From the IMG/VR virus record IMGVR_UViG_3300028800_000001, positions 62,001 through 126,000 of that record: a stretch of 64,000 nt of DNA; one strand, 5' to 3'. Position 1 is the first letter of the stretch; each line of letters begins with the position of its first letter. Positions 27,923 through 36,969 of the stretch are shown piece after piece. The position numbers were made by a program, and so were the translations under genes. The notes beneath the pieces were generated by a model, which had not been told where the DNA came from, searched no databases, and worked only from the letters and a program-made list of their open reading frames with translations.

Positions 27923-28625
27923 TGAAAGTATTCAATTGCTCCAGCATATCTTGCTTGCATATGTCGAGCACATCACCTGAAAGATCTGCCAGCGGCAAGC
28001 TCGGAATGCGTGCGATAAACATGCGTGCCACTGGAACATATTTTCGTGCGAGCGATGCACGCCGCTTTTCGTTTCCAATGGCGTCTAAGAAGAGTGCGTT
28101 GCCCATGAAATCAGCAAGCTTAATTCTGGCTGCGCCATCATCCTTGATCAGCTCTTGTACATGCGCCTGATACATACTGTGCGTAAGCGCCTGATACTCA
28201 TCACGGTCTGCATACGTGATACCATGCGCCTGCAAGAGTGCGTCATAATCAGGATTGCTCAGCGCTGCCACCAGATTGCGTACCCGTATGCCAAAGTAAG
28301 ATTGCAGCACTTCGAGAGCGCTTTCGCGTATATTTGGAGCACCAGGACGCGCAAGTTTTGCGGCCTGATCTTCCACGCTATCATGTAGAAGTGCGGCAAT
28401 CACTTCATCAGCAGACTCACCAATAAGTTTGAGCGCAACTTCAAGCGGATGTTGTACATATTCGCTGCCATCAAAGCGTCGAGCTTGATCGCCGTGAAGC
28501 AGAATCATCAAGTCTAGCGCCTGCGTAATACGCAATTCGTCTTGCAGGCTGTACATCTTGATTTCTCGTAAAAACCCCTGTTTTCGATGCAAAAACGCGG
28601 GGGAAGCCCCTTCTAAAGCATTCAT
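27906..28625 (-). CDS. HD-domain hydrolase, RelA/SpoT hydrolase (Mesh1/SAH)-like
   Basis: HGDQARR, YVQHPLEVA, AALLHDSVED, IKLAD..N. Confidence 0.85.
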   Translation of the reverse strand: MNALEGASPAFLHRKQGFLREIKMYSLQDELRITQALDLMILLHGDQARRFDGSEYVQHPLEVALKLIGESADEVIAALLHDSVEDQAAKLARPGAPNIRESALEVLQSYFGIRVRNLVAALSNPDYDALLQAHGITYADRDEYQALTHSMYQAHVQELIKDDGAARIKLADFMGNALFLDAIGNEKRRASLARKYVPVARMFIARIPSLPLADLSGDVLDICKQDMLEQLNTFISEYS

Positions 28626-28689
28626 CTTTTTTCTCCTTGAATTAATTAATTATTTTGTAACAATTTCCAAAAACATTTTTCTAAAATTA

Positions 28690-28744
28690 ATTATAGCGCA
28701 GCTTTTTAGCGAAGACAAGTATTTCTTCTATAGATATTCAGAAA
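28690..28744 (-). promoter_or_regulatory. promoter module P7
   Basis: TTTCTGAATATC...TTGTCT-N17-TATAAT. Confidence 0.8.
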
Positions 28745-28778
28745 ATAAAAGGGAGCCTCTCGAAAGAAGCCCCCCCCC
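28742..28778 (-). terminator. intrinsic terminator abutting P7
   Basis: GGGGGCTTCT-TTCG-AGAGGCTCCC then TTTTATTTT. Confidence 0.75.
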
Positions 28779-28807
28779 TTCACCTTTAATCGTCGTAGTG
28801 CGACACG

Positions 28808-28996
28808 TTACTTTGTTACCTCTACGTCTCCCAGTAGCGCGTCCAAGGTTTTGCGGCGTATCCGGTAGCCCTGGCGCTCGTTGACGTGTGGTAGTACCAC
28901 TGCCTCTAGCGCCCCTTGTTTAACCCAGCGGCGTACCGTTGTGTCATCCACGCGCAGAATATCGGCAACTTCCGAAATTGTCAGTAAATCACTCAT
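28808..28996 (-). CDS. excisionase-like helix-turn-helix protein
   Basis: LLTISEVADILRVDDTTVRRWVKQGALEA...YRI. Confidence 0.85.
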   Translation of the reverse strand: MSDLLTISEVADILRVDDTTVRRWVKQGALEAVVLPHVNERQGYRIRRKTLDALLGDVEVTK

Positions 28997-29387
28997 ACCT
29001 ATTTCCTCCAAAATCATCAGGAAGGTCTTCCTCTTGTTCGATAAGATAGACCTCACTTAGCAGACGAATATTATACCAATATTTCACAGCTTTTAATCGG
29101 TGTCGCCAAAGAGTACTTGCCGCGCATTCGACACATAGTGCGGTCGGCATAATTTGTTTGCAAAAATCAGAATAAGCCATACAATGATACGTTGGTGCCG
29201 CAACAAACGTGTTATGCCCCGCACACCAGTTTTCCGATTTTTCCTCTACCAGTATTTCTTCTCGTGAAAGTTCAAGCATAAATGGGCTCCTCTTCAAAAA
29301 AGAAGCCATCGCTGTCTCTCCCGTTACAGCGTAGATGATGGCTTCTTTCGCATATAGTTTCCTTATTCTACCCGATCCCCACCACAC
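28989..29387 (-). CDS. hypothetical protein (start uncertain)
   Basis: ORF tiling. Confidence 0.55.
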   Translation of the reverse strand: MWWGSGRIRKLYAKEAIIYAVTGETAMASFLKRSPFMLELSREEILVEEKSENWCAGHNTFVAAPTYHCMAYSDFCKQIMPTALCVECAASTLWRHRLKAVKYWYNIRLLSEVYLIEQEEDLPDDFGGNRYE

Positions 29388-29406
29388 TTGTCAATGTTTT
29401 TTCTGT

Positions 29407-30543
29407 TTATCTTCTGAAGAAGTCACGCAACCCGCGTTTGCCCTCGCGTGCTTCCTGTTTCGTGAGTGGTTTATTCTCCATCACTTTGCCAAGAACAATT
29501 AGTGCATTGCCAACATTGGGCTCATTGGTGATTACCGCATCAGGGGAACAGAAGTGCGCGATGTCAGCGATAGCCCCAGGACCATCAGTGCGAAAGCGTG
29601 TGCGATCCCACTCGGCAACGTCTAGCGTGGTGAAGTGCTCAACAAAAGTGCGCATATTAATCCACGCGCCTTCATAGATGCCAACGCGACCATCCTGGTG
29701 ATACCAGCCCTGGTCAGCGATTTGCCCTGCGGCCAGCATAACTTGCTCATGCAGTCTTGGAGACGGTGAAAGTGGTGCCCAGTGCCAGGACTCATACACA
29801 GTGATGCTCTCAGGAATAGGCAGATCATTGCCTATCTCGTTGTATTCTTTGCCATGCCAGAGCTTCACAGAACGGCTATTCCAGTAGTGATCGTAGGTAT
29901 CACGTACCTCAATAACGTCTTCGTCGTTGCGTGGTTCCATAAAACCATGACGATGATAGGCCATCTTGAGCACCTCTTTGCCGTTACGCTCGATGCGTTC
30001 GTAGTGTGCGCTGTGACTATCCAGGTAACTTTGTGCCTCTTCGGCTGAGAAGCTTCGATAGCCCTTACGATTGTACTCCGCAACCTCTGGGTAGAGGTAG
30101 AGCCAGCCAGCATCCGCGTCCCACTCCTGAGCAGCCAGGACAAGTTCAGGATCAAAGATGCCTTGTCGCTCATTCTTAAATTGGAACTCAACGCGACTGC
30201 CGTCCTTAATATCCAGGTACAAGATTGCGCCACATTTCTCACAGGTGTGCCCATGATAGCGCGTGCCTACGGTTGAAATGTACTCTTGGCACGAACCGCA
30301 CACAGCGCGGTTAAGATCTTGCAACGAGCAGTACCAGAGATAGCCTCCTGGTGCTTTGAGCATTGCTTCGGTGCTTGAATAATGTTTGGTATGCTCAGGA
30401 TCTTCGCGCATACTTTGCACTTTGTACTCGCTGTCGCGAAGCTCTTGCAAGAAGGGCTCCAACGACTCTGGGGCTGTTACATAGGCATGGTTTCCCAGCC
30501 AGACAACGTTGGGTGTCTTAATTTTCAATAAATCAGTGCTCAT
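29407..30543 (-). CDS. hypothetical protein with zinc ribbon (378 aa)
   Basis: CGSC...CEKC. Confidence 0.85.
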   Translation of the reverse strand: MSTDLLKIKTPNVVWLGNHAYVTAPESLEPFLQELRDSEYKVQSMREDPEHTKHYSSTEAMLKAPGGYLWYCSLQDLNRAVCGSCQEYISTVGTRYHGHTCEKCGAILYLDIKDGSRVEFQFKNERQGIFDPELVLAAQEWDADAGWLYLYPEVAEYNRKGYRSFSAEEAQSYLDSHSAHYERIERNGKEVLKMAYHRHGFMEPRNDEDVIEVRDTYDHYWNSRSVKLWHGKEYNEIGNDLPIPESITVYESWHWAPLSPSPRLHEQVMLAAGQIADQGWYHQDGRVGIYEGAWINMRTFVEHFTTLDVAEWDRTRFRTDGPGAIADIAHFCSPDAVITNEPNVGNALIVLGKVMENKPLTKQEAREGKRGLRDFFRR

Positions 30544-30866
30544 TAAATTACCTCTCTTATTGGCTCTTCGTCGTCTTCGTCCGACCAGAGCGCTACAGGG
30601 TGTTCTCCGTTTGCCAGATACATATCGAAGCGAGTGTGTGCCTCAGTAAGGTCAAACGTTTCGTCTTCTGGTGCAAGCAGTTTGCCGTTCACCAGAACGC
30701 TATACTGTATGACTGGCTCTCCGGTAACAACGAAATGATAGTTGCCATCTTCGCCAGAGTCAGCGCCCGAAAGAAATTCTTTCTTCAGTTGCTTTGAAAT
30801 TTCTTCAACGGCGTAGTCTAAGTCTGAGAGCCGTTTGCCCTCAATATGAATACTCAAGGTGTACAT
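30543..30866 (-). CDS. hypothetical protein
   Basis: TAATG overlaps. Confidence 0.75.
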   Translation of the reverse strand: MYTLSIHIEGKRLSDLDYAVEEISKQLKKEFLSGADSGEDGNYHFVVTGEPVIQYSVLVNGKLLAPEDETFDLTEAHTRFDMYLANGEHPVALWSDEDDEEPIREVI

Positions 30867-31276
30867 TATTTCTCCATTATTGTTAAATTTAAGCCAAGCG
30901 CGGCAACTACTTCGTAGAGGCGTGCAAGGCTTGCAGCTTGATAATGGGTTGCTTCGTAGCGCTGTATTTGCTGCTCTTTGAGCCCTAATCGTTCTGCCAA
31001 TCCCTTTTGCGTGAGCCCTGCGGCAATACGCGTTGCAATAAGAAGGTGGGCAAGATTTTCAAAAGAGGTTTCCTCAATACGATTGATGCCATGAAGCAAT
31101 TCATCGTACTCTTTAAGTTCTTTGCACAGTTCAGCCAAAGAGCGCTCAAAGTTTGCAATCTCTTGCGCAAGTGCTTCACGCGATGGTTCAGCCAGCGCTT
31201 GCATCAACCCTAAGATATGTGCAAAGCCCTGATAGCGTGTCTTTGCGGCTCGATATTGTGCGGCGTTCGTAATCAT
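30866..31276 (-). CDS. XRE-family HTH transcriptional regulator
   Basis: MITNAAQY...LIATRIAAGLTQKGLAERLGLKEQQIQRYEA. Confidence 0.85.
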   Translation of the reverse strand: MITNAAQYRAAKTRYQGFAHILGLMQALAEPSREALAQEIANFERSLAELCKELKEYDELLHGINRIEETSFENLAHLLIATRIAAGLTQKGLAERLGLKEQQIQRYEATHYQAASLARLYEVVAALGLNLTIMEK

Positions 31277-31392
31277 TTGATGGTCACCTGAATTAGCCTT
31301 CCTGTCGTTGGACAGGTTACCAATTGCATAGAACCTTTTATTGCAGGGCGGATAGCGTGTATCTCTTTGCAGATCGGACAAGTATAAGTCAT
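31273..31392 (-). CDS. small zinc-finger-like protein (39 aa, not in ORF track)
   Basis: AGGAG SD; MTYTCPICKEIH...CPTTG; ATGA overlap with XRE gene. Confidence 0.6.
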   Translation of the reverse strand: MTYTCPICKEIHAIRPAIKGSMQLVTCPTTGRLIQVTIK

Positions 31393-31395
31393 GTG

Positions 31396-31749
31396 TTATT
31401 CTCCTAATTTCCAATCATTCCAACAGGGGAGCACCCCATACTCAGCAAGGGAATCTTTCCCTATGCTATCCAGGCCACCATATTCGGCAATCTCTGTAAG
31501 GATTGCTGTTGCATACTGCCTACCAAAGCGTTTAAAAAGTAACGCCGCAAGAAAGCGGTGTATTCCTACGAATTCGTGGTGATTATCATCTTCAGCGTTC
31601 TGGTCGCAAAGGTCGGCCAACTCTTCGAGCGTTGCATTGGGCACACTTTGATAGTTCTCACCCTCCACCAGATCTTGCGTGTCGTAATCCTCCAGGTAGG
31701 CCAGAAAGAAATTCCCGTCATCCTCAACTCGACATAGTGTCTTTTTCAT
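31396..31749 (-). CDS. hypothetical protein
   Basis: AAGGAG SD. Confidence 0.75.
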   Translation of the reverse strand: MKKTLCRVEDDGNFFLAYLEDYDTQDLVEGENYQSVPNATLEELADLCDQNAEDDNHHEFVGIHRFLAALLFKRFGRQYATAILTEIAEYGGLDSIGKDSLAEYGVLPCWNDWKLGE

Positions 31750-31759
31750 AATTTCTCCT

Positions 31760-32194
31760 TTATATAAATGACAGCGTTTTGCTCTCTTCTAAATCAATGG
31801 GCGCATCTAAAACGCCATAGAGCATATACGCAATGCTTTGCGCAACCCCGCTTGCGGAGTGCATTCGTAGTCTGCGGTAGGCTTGCGTGCTCTCTTCTAT
31901 AGCAAGGGTGATGCTACACGCCGGACATTCCAGCGTAATAATGTAGCGCCCCATCGTATGCAAGATGAGCAGCACGCCTTGTGCAAGTTTGGCTTCGCAG
32001 CCACCATACTGTCCTGCTTGCGCACGAAGCGTGGGATACCAGACCTCCTGCTCAAAGCGCAGAATAAGTTTGTGAAGCTTTACACGGTCAAGACGTACGG
32101 CAATGGCAAGCGTTTCGTCTTCAATCTCATTCATGCGCTCTGCGATAGAGAGACCGGTCGTAAACCAACCGTCCTTTTGATAGCGATTAAGCAT
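31760..32194 (-). CDS. hypothetical protein (start uncertain)
   Basis: ORF tiling. Confidence 0.6.
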   Translation of the reverse strand: MLNRYQKDGWFTTGLSIAERMNEIEDETLAIAVRLDRVKLHKLILRFEQEVWYPTLRAQAGQYGGCEAKLAQGVLLILHTMGRYIITLECPACSITLAIEESTQAYRRLRMHSASGVAQSIAYMLYGVLDAPIDLEESKTLSFI

Positions 32195-32576
32195 GGATTG
32201 GATGGAGTTGGTAGGTAGGCGATTTGAATTCTGCCGCTGCGTCCCAGGCGGATTGTCTGCTCGGAAATGGCGGTGAACTCTCTTTGCCTTCGTTGTACGA
32301 GATCGTGTAGGCAATATCTTCACTGGCGTAATCCAGCACGTCTGCCAGCGCGTCGCGCAATTTATAAGCGCTTGGTGTATCGAGCCCTCTTTGACACAAG
32401 CGCTCTTGCATCGTCTGAAATTGGCGCTCCATCAGCTCTATATAATCAAGAGCTGTATGCGTGGAGAGTAGTCTCAGTACAGAGAAAGAGACCACCTGCG
32501 CACCAGGATGACTCATATCACACGTGTAATTAAAAATGTCGGATAAATCTTTCAAAGGTTCCTCGCTTTCTTCCAT
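32187..32576 (-). CDS. hypothetical protein
   Basis: ORF tiling. Confidence 0.65.
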   Translation of the reverse strand: MEESEEPLKDLSDIFNYTCDMSHPGAQVVSFSVLRLLSTHTALDYIELMERQFQTMQERLCQRGLDTPSAYKLRDALADVLDYASEDIAYTISYNEGKESSPPFPSRQSAWDAAAEFKSPTYQLHPIHA

Positions 32577-32836
32577 GCGTTATAGATGGCGTCCTCCAGA
32601 TCTTCGCCAATGTCGAGATACCACCAATCGCATAAGGGACGTAATAACCGTATCCAGCCGCGCACCTGCCGTTCAGTCGCTAAACTATTCTCAAGGACAA
32701 GCTTTCCTGTTGCCAGATGCGTCACGACGTACTCCTGGCCTTGTTGGTGATAACTAAGACCACAGGGATGTGCAAGCGCTGTGCGCGTATAGTAGCCGTC
32801 TTTGCAGCGGATACGAATAACTTGCGGTTGATACAT
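32552..32836 (-). CDS. hypothetical protein
   Basis: YVVTHLATG motif; TAATG overlap. Confidence 0.7.
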   Translation of the reverse strand: MYQPQVIRIRCKDGYYTRTALAHPCGLSYHQQGQEYVVTHLATGKLVLENSLATERQVRGWIRLLRPLCDWWYLDIGEDLEDAIYNAWKKARNL

Positions 32837-33051
32837 TACGAAACAATTTTCTTCTTCAAACTTCCCTTCGGTTTGGGAAGCGGTTGTTTTTTCAGTAACG
32901 GTTCTGTAGGAAGGCTGTGCATATCCTCATTGGCGAAGAGCTCATTCCAGATAAAATCTTTATACTGGCGAAACTGCCAGCGCATATCAAGATAGGCAAG
33001 CGTCATGATAATCAAGAGTCCAGCGAGAACCGCAATAAGCAAAATCATCAC
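32836..33051 (-). CDS. small membrane-anchored protein
   Basis: N-terminal TM; GGAGG SD. Confidence 0.7.
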   Translation of the reverse strand: MMILLIAVLAGLLIIMTLAYLDMRWQFRQYKDFIWNELFANEDMHSLPTEPLLKKQPLPKPKGSLKKKIVS

Positions 33052-33068
33052 GGCCCTCCAATCCTTTT

Positions 33069-33713
33069 CTAGTCTTTGAGCTCATCGTAAAAGAAGAGCT
33101 CATGCGCACATATCCAGAGCTCAGCGGCCTCTGTCCAGACGAACCAGCCGCCAGCAGGAGCGCTGGTATGTACACGATCATTTTGATCAAGCAAACGAAA
33201 CTGTCGATCAAAACGTAGCGCGTGTACAGGCTCCCTCTTGATGTAGAGTTCAAATCCTTCTGCGTCACGGCTGTTTTCGACACGGTCATACGTGCGCTCA
33301 ACAAAATCTTTTTTCACAACCCACAGCTCACCTTGAGCACCACAGGCAAGATAGTCGCCTGGGACGGTAAAGGGATAATGTTTGGACTCCAGGCTGTGAA
33401 TGACGCCGCCAAAGGCGTGAAAGTCTTCATCGGTAAGCACCCGCAGTTTCGTTGGGATATTTTTACGATAGCGTTTTGCTGGACGATCACGTACATCTTC
33501 ATAGGTAAAAATGTGATCGTCCACAAGCGCGTGAAACGCCTGTGGCACCATGCCAAAGTCTTGCAGATGTACCGCCTCATCTAACGCCTCTTGTCCAAAC
33601 TTGCGCTCCTGAAGATAATTGAAGAGTGTGGTCACCAGATCAAGGTAACGAAAGTGGAGTTGTTCATCGATGTGTATTTTGCTTGCATCGCATTCTTTTC
33701 CATAGAAAGCCAT
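33069..33713 (-). CDS. hypothetical protein, PGDYG-like motif
   Basis: PGDYLACGAQGELWVVKKDFVERTY. Confidence 0.75.
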   Translation of the reverse strand: MAFYGKECDASKIHIDEQLHFRYLDLVTTLFNYLQERKFGQEALDEAVHLQDFGMVPQAFHALVDDHIFTYEDVRDRPAKRYRKNIPTKLRVLTDEDFHAFGGVIHSLESKHYPFTVPGDYLACGAQGELWVVKKDFVERTYDRVENSRDAEGFELYIKREPVHALRFDRQFRLLDQNDRVHTSAPAGGWFVWTEAAELWICAHELFFYDELKD

Positions 33714-33742
33714 ATATTCTCCTTTATTTTTAAGTAGTTTTT

Positions 33743-34069
33743 CTACACCAATTTTACGTAGTGGCGTAATCGTTCAAGGTCGGCAAGAAACGCAGGCGAA
33801 AGCGTTTCTTTGTGTGCTTCAAACCAAGCAAGCTCGTCTGCAAGAGAAGAAAGGTAGTGCTCAATCGCAACATCTACTTCTTCGCCATCTTCATAAATGT
33901 CGATAATATCGCTCGTCGCCAAAAAGAGTTCTCCATCTATCTGCACACGCAGAATAAACGCGGTAAGAACGCTCAGACATTTCTCTCCAATATAGAATAA
34001 AAGCCCCTCACGAAGGGGATAAAATCGATTTGTTGCCGCCGAGAAACGTTCTGGCATCATAAAATGCAT
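33743..34069 (-). CDS. HicB-like fold protein
   Basis: FLATSDIIDIYEDGEEVDVAIEHY...LSPAFLADLERLR; first gene after P8. Confidence 0.6.
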   Translation of the reverse strand: MHFMMPERFSAATNRFYPLREGLLFYIGEKCLSVLTAFILRVQIDGELFLATSDIIDIYEDGEEVDVAIEHYLSSLADELAWFEAHKETLSPAFLADLERLRHYVKLV

Positions 34070-34107
34070 TCTTTTTTCGACCTTTCCTTATTTTTCTGTC
34101 TACGGAA

Positions 34108-34162
34108 AGTATAGGCCATTTCTCACAGAACGTCAAGAATATTTTCATAGTATTTTCAGAAA
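34108..34162 (-). promoter_or_regulatory. promoter module P8
   Basis: TTTCTGAAAATAC...TTGACG-N17-TATACT. Confidence 0.85.
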
Positions 34163-34165
34163 AAG

Positions 34166-34199
34166 CAAAAGAGAGTAGGTTTTTTCCTACTCTCTTTTG
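34166..34199 (-). terminator. 14-bp perfect hairpin terminator abutting P8
   Basis: CAAAAGAGAGTAGG-N6-CCTACTCTCTTTTG. Confidence 0.75.
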
Positions 34200-34260
34200 A
34201 GAAAACTGTTTGTACGAAAAGCAAGGCTCCCGCTTTTTCTACGTTCAGACCACCAGTATA

Positions 34261-34599
34261 CTACAAAATGGCACGAGCAGAAACTCGTGTGGTTTCCCCT
34301 GGCAGTTGCTCTTGCGGTGGTGGCCCGTCGAAAATGATGATCGTGCTGTTTTCGTTCGTTGCTTGTATAAACCAACGAAGTATTCTCCAGGCGCGGCGCA
34401 TCAATTCCCCACGAGTAAGCACCGTTAAACGCTCAGCAACCCCATCAATCTCTGGCACTGTACTCAGTGGAAACACACTATCAATATGCTTCACCTTTGG
34501 CACAATAGTGCTGTCTTTACGTGATTTCTTGGGAGCGGCTTCGCCCTCAAGTCTTTGTACTGGCATTCTTGACTTCATGCGTGGCATTACGTCTGTCAT
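34261..34599 (-). CDS. RHH/CopG-like DNA-binding protein
   Basis: EIDGVAERLTVLTRGELMRRAWRILRW. Confidence 0.55.
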   Translation of the reverse strand: MTDVMPRMKSRMPVQRLEGEAAPKKSRKDSTIVPKVKHIDSVFPLSTVPEIDGVAERLTVLTRGELMRRAWRILRWFIQATNENSTIIIFDGPPPQEQLPGETTRVSARAIL

Positions 34600-34686
34600 A
34601 ATTATCCTTTCTCCAATTTCTCCTACACACTTCTGAATATACCAGGAACAGTGGTTCCTTGTCAACCAAAAATCGTGTGACGTGCC

Positions 34687-35079
34687 TCACACATTTTCAG
34701 CGATGCCCACAAATTGCAGCACAAACTCCACAAACAAGGCAAAGAGTGTCATAAAGAACTGACCGCCCTGTTTTGCAAGTGTTTGCATACCTTGCGCACA
34801 GCGCGTGGTATCTTTCTTTTGTACGACCGTCAGCAGCAGATAGACTCCACCGATAAAGAGAAGAAAGGTGAGAAAGAGAAAAAGAATGGCGGCTGAAACC
34901 AGCGCGCCAAGGAGGAGAAGAAGACTCATACACAGTCCAGTAAGGGCATATTGCAAAATACGCCGCTGCGTTGCAAACGGCGTGAGTGTTTTTGTGGGAC
35001 GTTTCCTCAAGAAAAATTGCAGCAGTCCATAGCAGAGGAATAGCGTTGCAAGACCGGCAAAGATAAAAAGATATGGCAT
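34687..35079 (-). CDS. membrane protein
   Basis: 3-4 hydrophobic segments. Confidence 0.75.
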   Translation of the reverse strand: MPYLFIFAGLATLFLCYGLLQFFLRKRPTKTLTPFATQRRILQYALTGLCMSLLLLLGALVSAAILFLFLTFLLFIGGVYLLLTVVQKKDTTRCAQGMQTLAKQGGQFFMTLFALFVEFVLQFVGIAENV

Positions 35080-35210
35080 AGTTTCCTTCTAAAAATTTCT
35101 CTTTCTTTTCAGAAACTATGCCATAAGATCACGCTTTTGTCAAGAGATTTCGCTCATGCTTATTTTGCGAAGCGTAAGCGACGAATGGTATCAGATTTGC
35201 CTAAAGTAAG

Positions 35211-35714
35211 TTAATCGGTTTCTCCTGGTCTCTCAAGAAACTCAAGGTCAACAAAGTACGTATCAATGCTCTTTATTTTTACTTTATGCCAGCCATGCGG
35301 TATCATTGAGAACGGACTATCGGGCACACCGTATTCCAGAACGGTTCCTTGCTGATAGGCATCCATCAAATCTACGATAGAGAGACTTTCAAACACCTCC
35401 ATAGATTGCCCACAATGTATATCGATACCCATTTGCGAATCAACAAAAGAGAAATCACAGAGCGTGCAGAAAGAGACACTGTATTTCTCATGCATACGAG
35501 CATAGCCAAATCTGCGCAAAGCCCCACAGCGCAAAAGCGTTTCTATCACTCTGGAAAAATTTTCTAGCTGCTCTATCTTGTTGATCTCATAGAGGTAGCA
35601 AGCCGTCTCTTCGTCGCTAAAAACCTCACGCGTCCAGCCAAATCCTGACAAACGCAAAAGCTCTAGCGATTCGTTGAGTGTTCGCTTTGAGAGCACTACT
35701 TCGAACTTGCTCAC
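35211..35714 (-). CDS. hypothetical protein
   Basis: GTGA overlap. Confidence 0.7.
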   Translation of the reverse strand: MSKFEVVLSKRTLNESLELLRLSGFGWTREVFSDEETACYLYEINKIEQLENFSRVIETLLRCGALRRFGYARMHEKYSVSFCTLCDFSFVDSQMGIDIHCGQSMEVFESLSIVDLMDAYQQGTVLEYGVPDSPFSMIPHGWHKVKIKSIDTYFVDLEFLERPGETD

Positions 35715-35968
35715 TCCTGTTCTTGCTCCATAGGATATCCCTGCTGGTAAGGCTGATATTTCTTGGGAGCCTCCACTTGTTTCTTCGCTATTTTATGATC
35801 AAGTTCAGCCTGTCTGGTGCGCTCTTTCTCTATCTGCAAACGATGTTCTAAAAAGGGCTCTGCAAGCTTGTGGACAAAGGTCACAAATCCCTTATGAAAT
35901 ATCCACGCAATAATCACCAGATCCCAAAGATGGTCGCTGAAAAATTGTGCCCAGGTCATTGCATTCAT
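35711..35968 (-). CDS. membrane-anchored coiled-coil protein
   Basis: N-terminal hydrophobic stretch, YQQGY tail. Confidence 0.7.
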   Translation of the reverse strand: MNAMTWAQFFSDHLWDLVIIAWIFHKGFVTFVHKLAEPFLEHRLQIEKERTRQAELDHKIAKKQVEAPKKYQPYQQGYPMEQEQE

Positions 35969-36024
35969 GAAAGTACCCCTTTATGTGAGAAAGGCCAGAG
36001 AGAAGTTCCCTGGCCCCTGGTTGG

Positions 36025-36204
36025 CTATCGATAATGGTGAATGATAATCGTGCGCTTAATCACCTTTGTATGTACGATAACATGCGAGGGTGAAGAGTAC
36101 GAAGGACTGGAGTAATAGGTGCTGCCACAGGCAGAAACCAGAAACATACAGGCCAACACTACTGTCAGCACTAGCGTACTCATAAAAATTCTTGTGCGAT
36201 TCAC
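36025..36204 (-). CDS. small lipoprotein (59 aa, not in ORF track)
   Basis: MNRTRIFMSTLVLTVVLACMFLVSA-CGS lipobox; GTGA overlap. Confidence 0.65.
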   Translation of the reverse strand: MNRTRIFMSTLVLTVVLACMFLVSACGSTYYSSPSYSSPSHVIVHTKVIKRTIIIHHYR

Positions 36205-36653
36205 TTTATATTTCCTTTTGGTTTTCGATAATAGCGAACAATGTCGCCATAGAACGTTGGCACCGCAAAGAGCGGATGCCGGTACACATGCGCATAGCCA
36301 AACTTTGATTCGATGAGCCCAGGACCGCGTACAACACCAAAGTGCTTTGGGCTTTTCTCAATGTCTTGATAATAGATCACCAGATCACCAGAAAGCGGCT
36401 CTTCGACCATCTCCCAATGCTCTTTCGCGTGCAGGTATGTCTCCCACATGTTTTGTATGTCAAGAGCAAAGATATCGTTGAAGACGTAACAGGAACAATC
36501 ACCAGCTACGTCTTGCATACTTTTTACAACGCAAATCCCTGGTAAATCTCCAACGGCATCAGGCTTTCGTTCTTGAAGCAGTCGGTCAATCTCGTTACGA
36601 ATAGTGTTCAAGGATTTGTTCCAAAGTCGCTTTTTGGTCTTCAATACATCCAT
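36201..36653 (-). CDS. papain/NlpC-P60-like fold protein (start uncertain)
   Basis: DCSCYVF...GDLVIYY...HFGVV...ESKFG. Confidence 0.55.
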   Translation of the reverse strand: MDVLKTKKRLWNKSLNTIRNEIDRLLQERKPDAVGDLPGICVVKSMQDVAGDCSCYVFNDIFALDIQNMWETYLHAKEHWEMVEEPLSGDLVIYYQDIEKSPKHFGVVRGPGLIESKFGYAHVYRHPLFAVPTFYGDIVRYYRKPKGNIK

Positions 36654-36969
36654 CAGCCTGCGTATAAGAAACGAAAAAATCAAACGCAAACTGCTCGAAG
36701 TCTTTATAATTACGTTCACCGATTTGAAACGTTAAATCAAGATGCCAGAGAAAATGCTCATAGTAACTCTCGCTGACCTGCGCGGCGTAAAAGAGTCCTT
36801 TGATGCCATGAAGTACCTGAAGAGTGTAGCTTTCTTGTTTGCGATACGCGGTAAGAAAGCGATTATTGCAAGTAAGCGCATATGCGCGCAATTCTTCCTC
36901 TTCATAGCGTACATCGTCAAGCGCTGCCACTTGCCTACCCATCCTTACCAATTGTGCATAGTTATTCAT
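36595..36969 (-). CDS. hypothetical protein
   Basis: GGGAG SD. Confidence 0.7.
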   Translation of the reverse strand: MNNYAQLVRMGRQVAALDDVRYEEEELRAYALTCNNRFLTAYRKQESYTLQVLHGIKGLFYAAQVSESYYEHFLWHLDLTFQIGERNYKDFEQFAFDFFVSYTQADGCIEDQKATLEQILEHYS

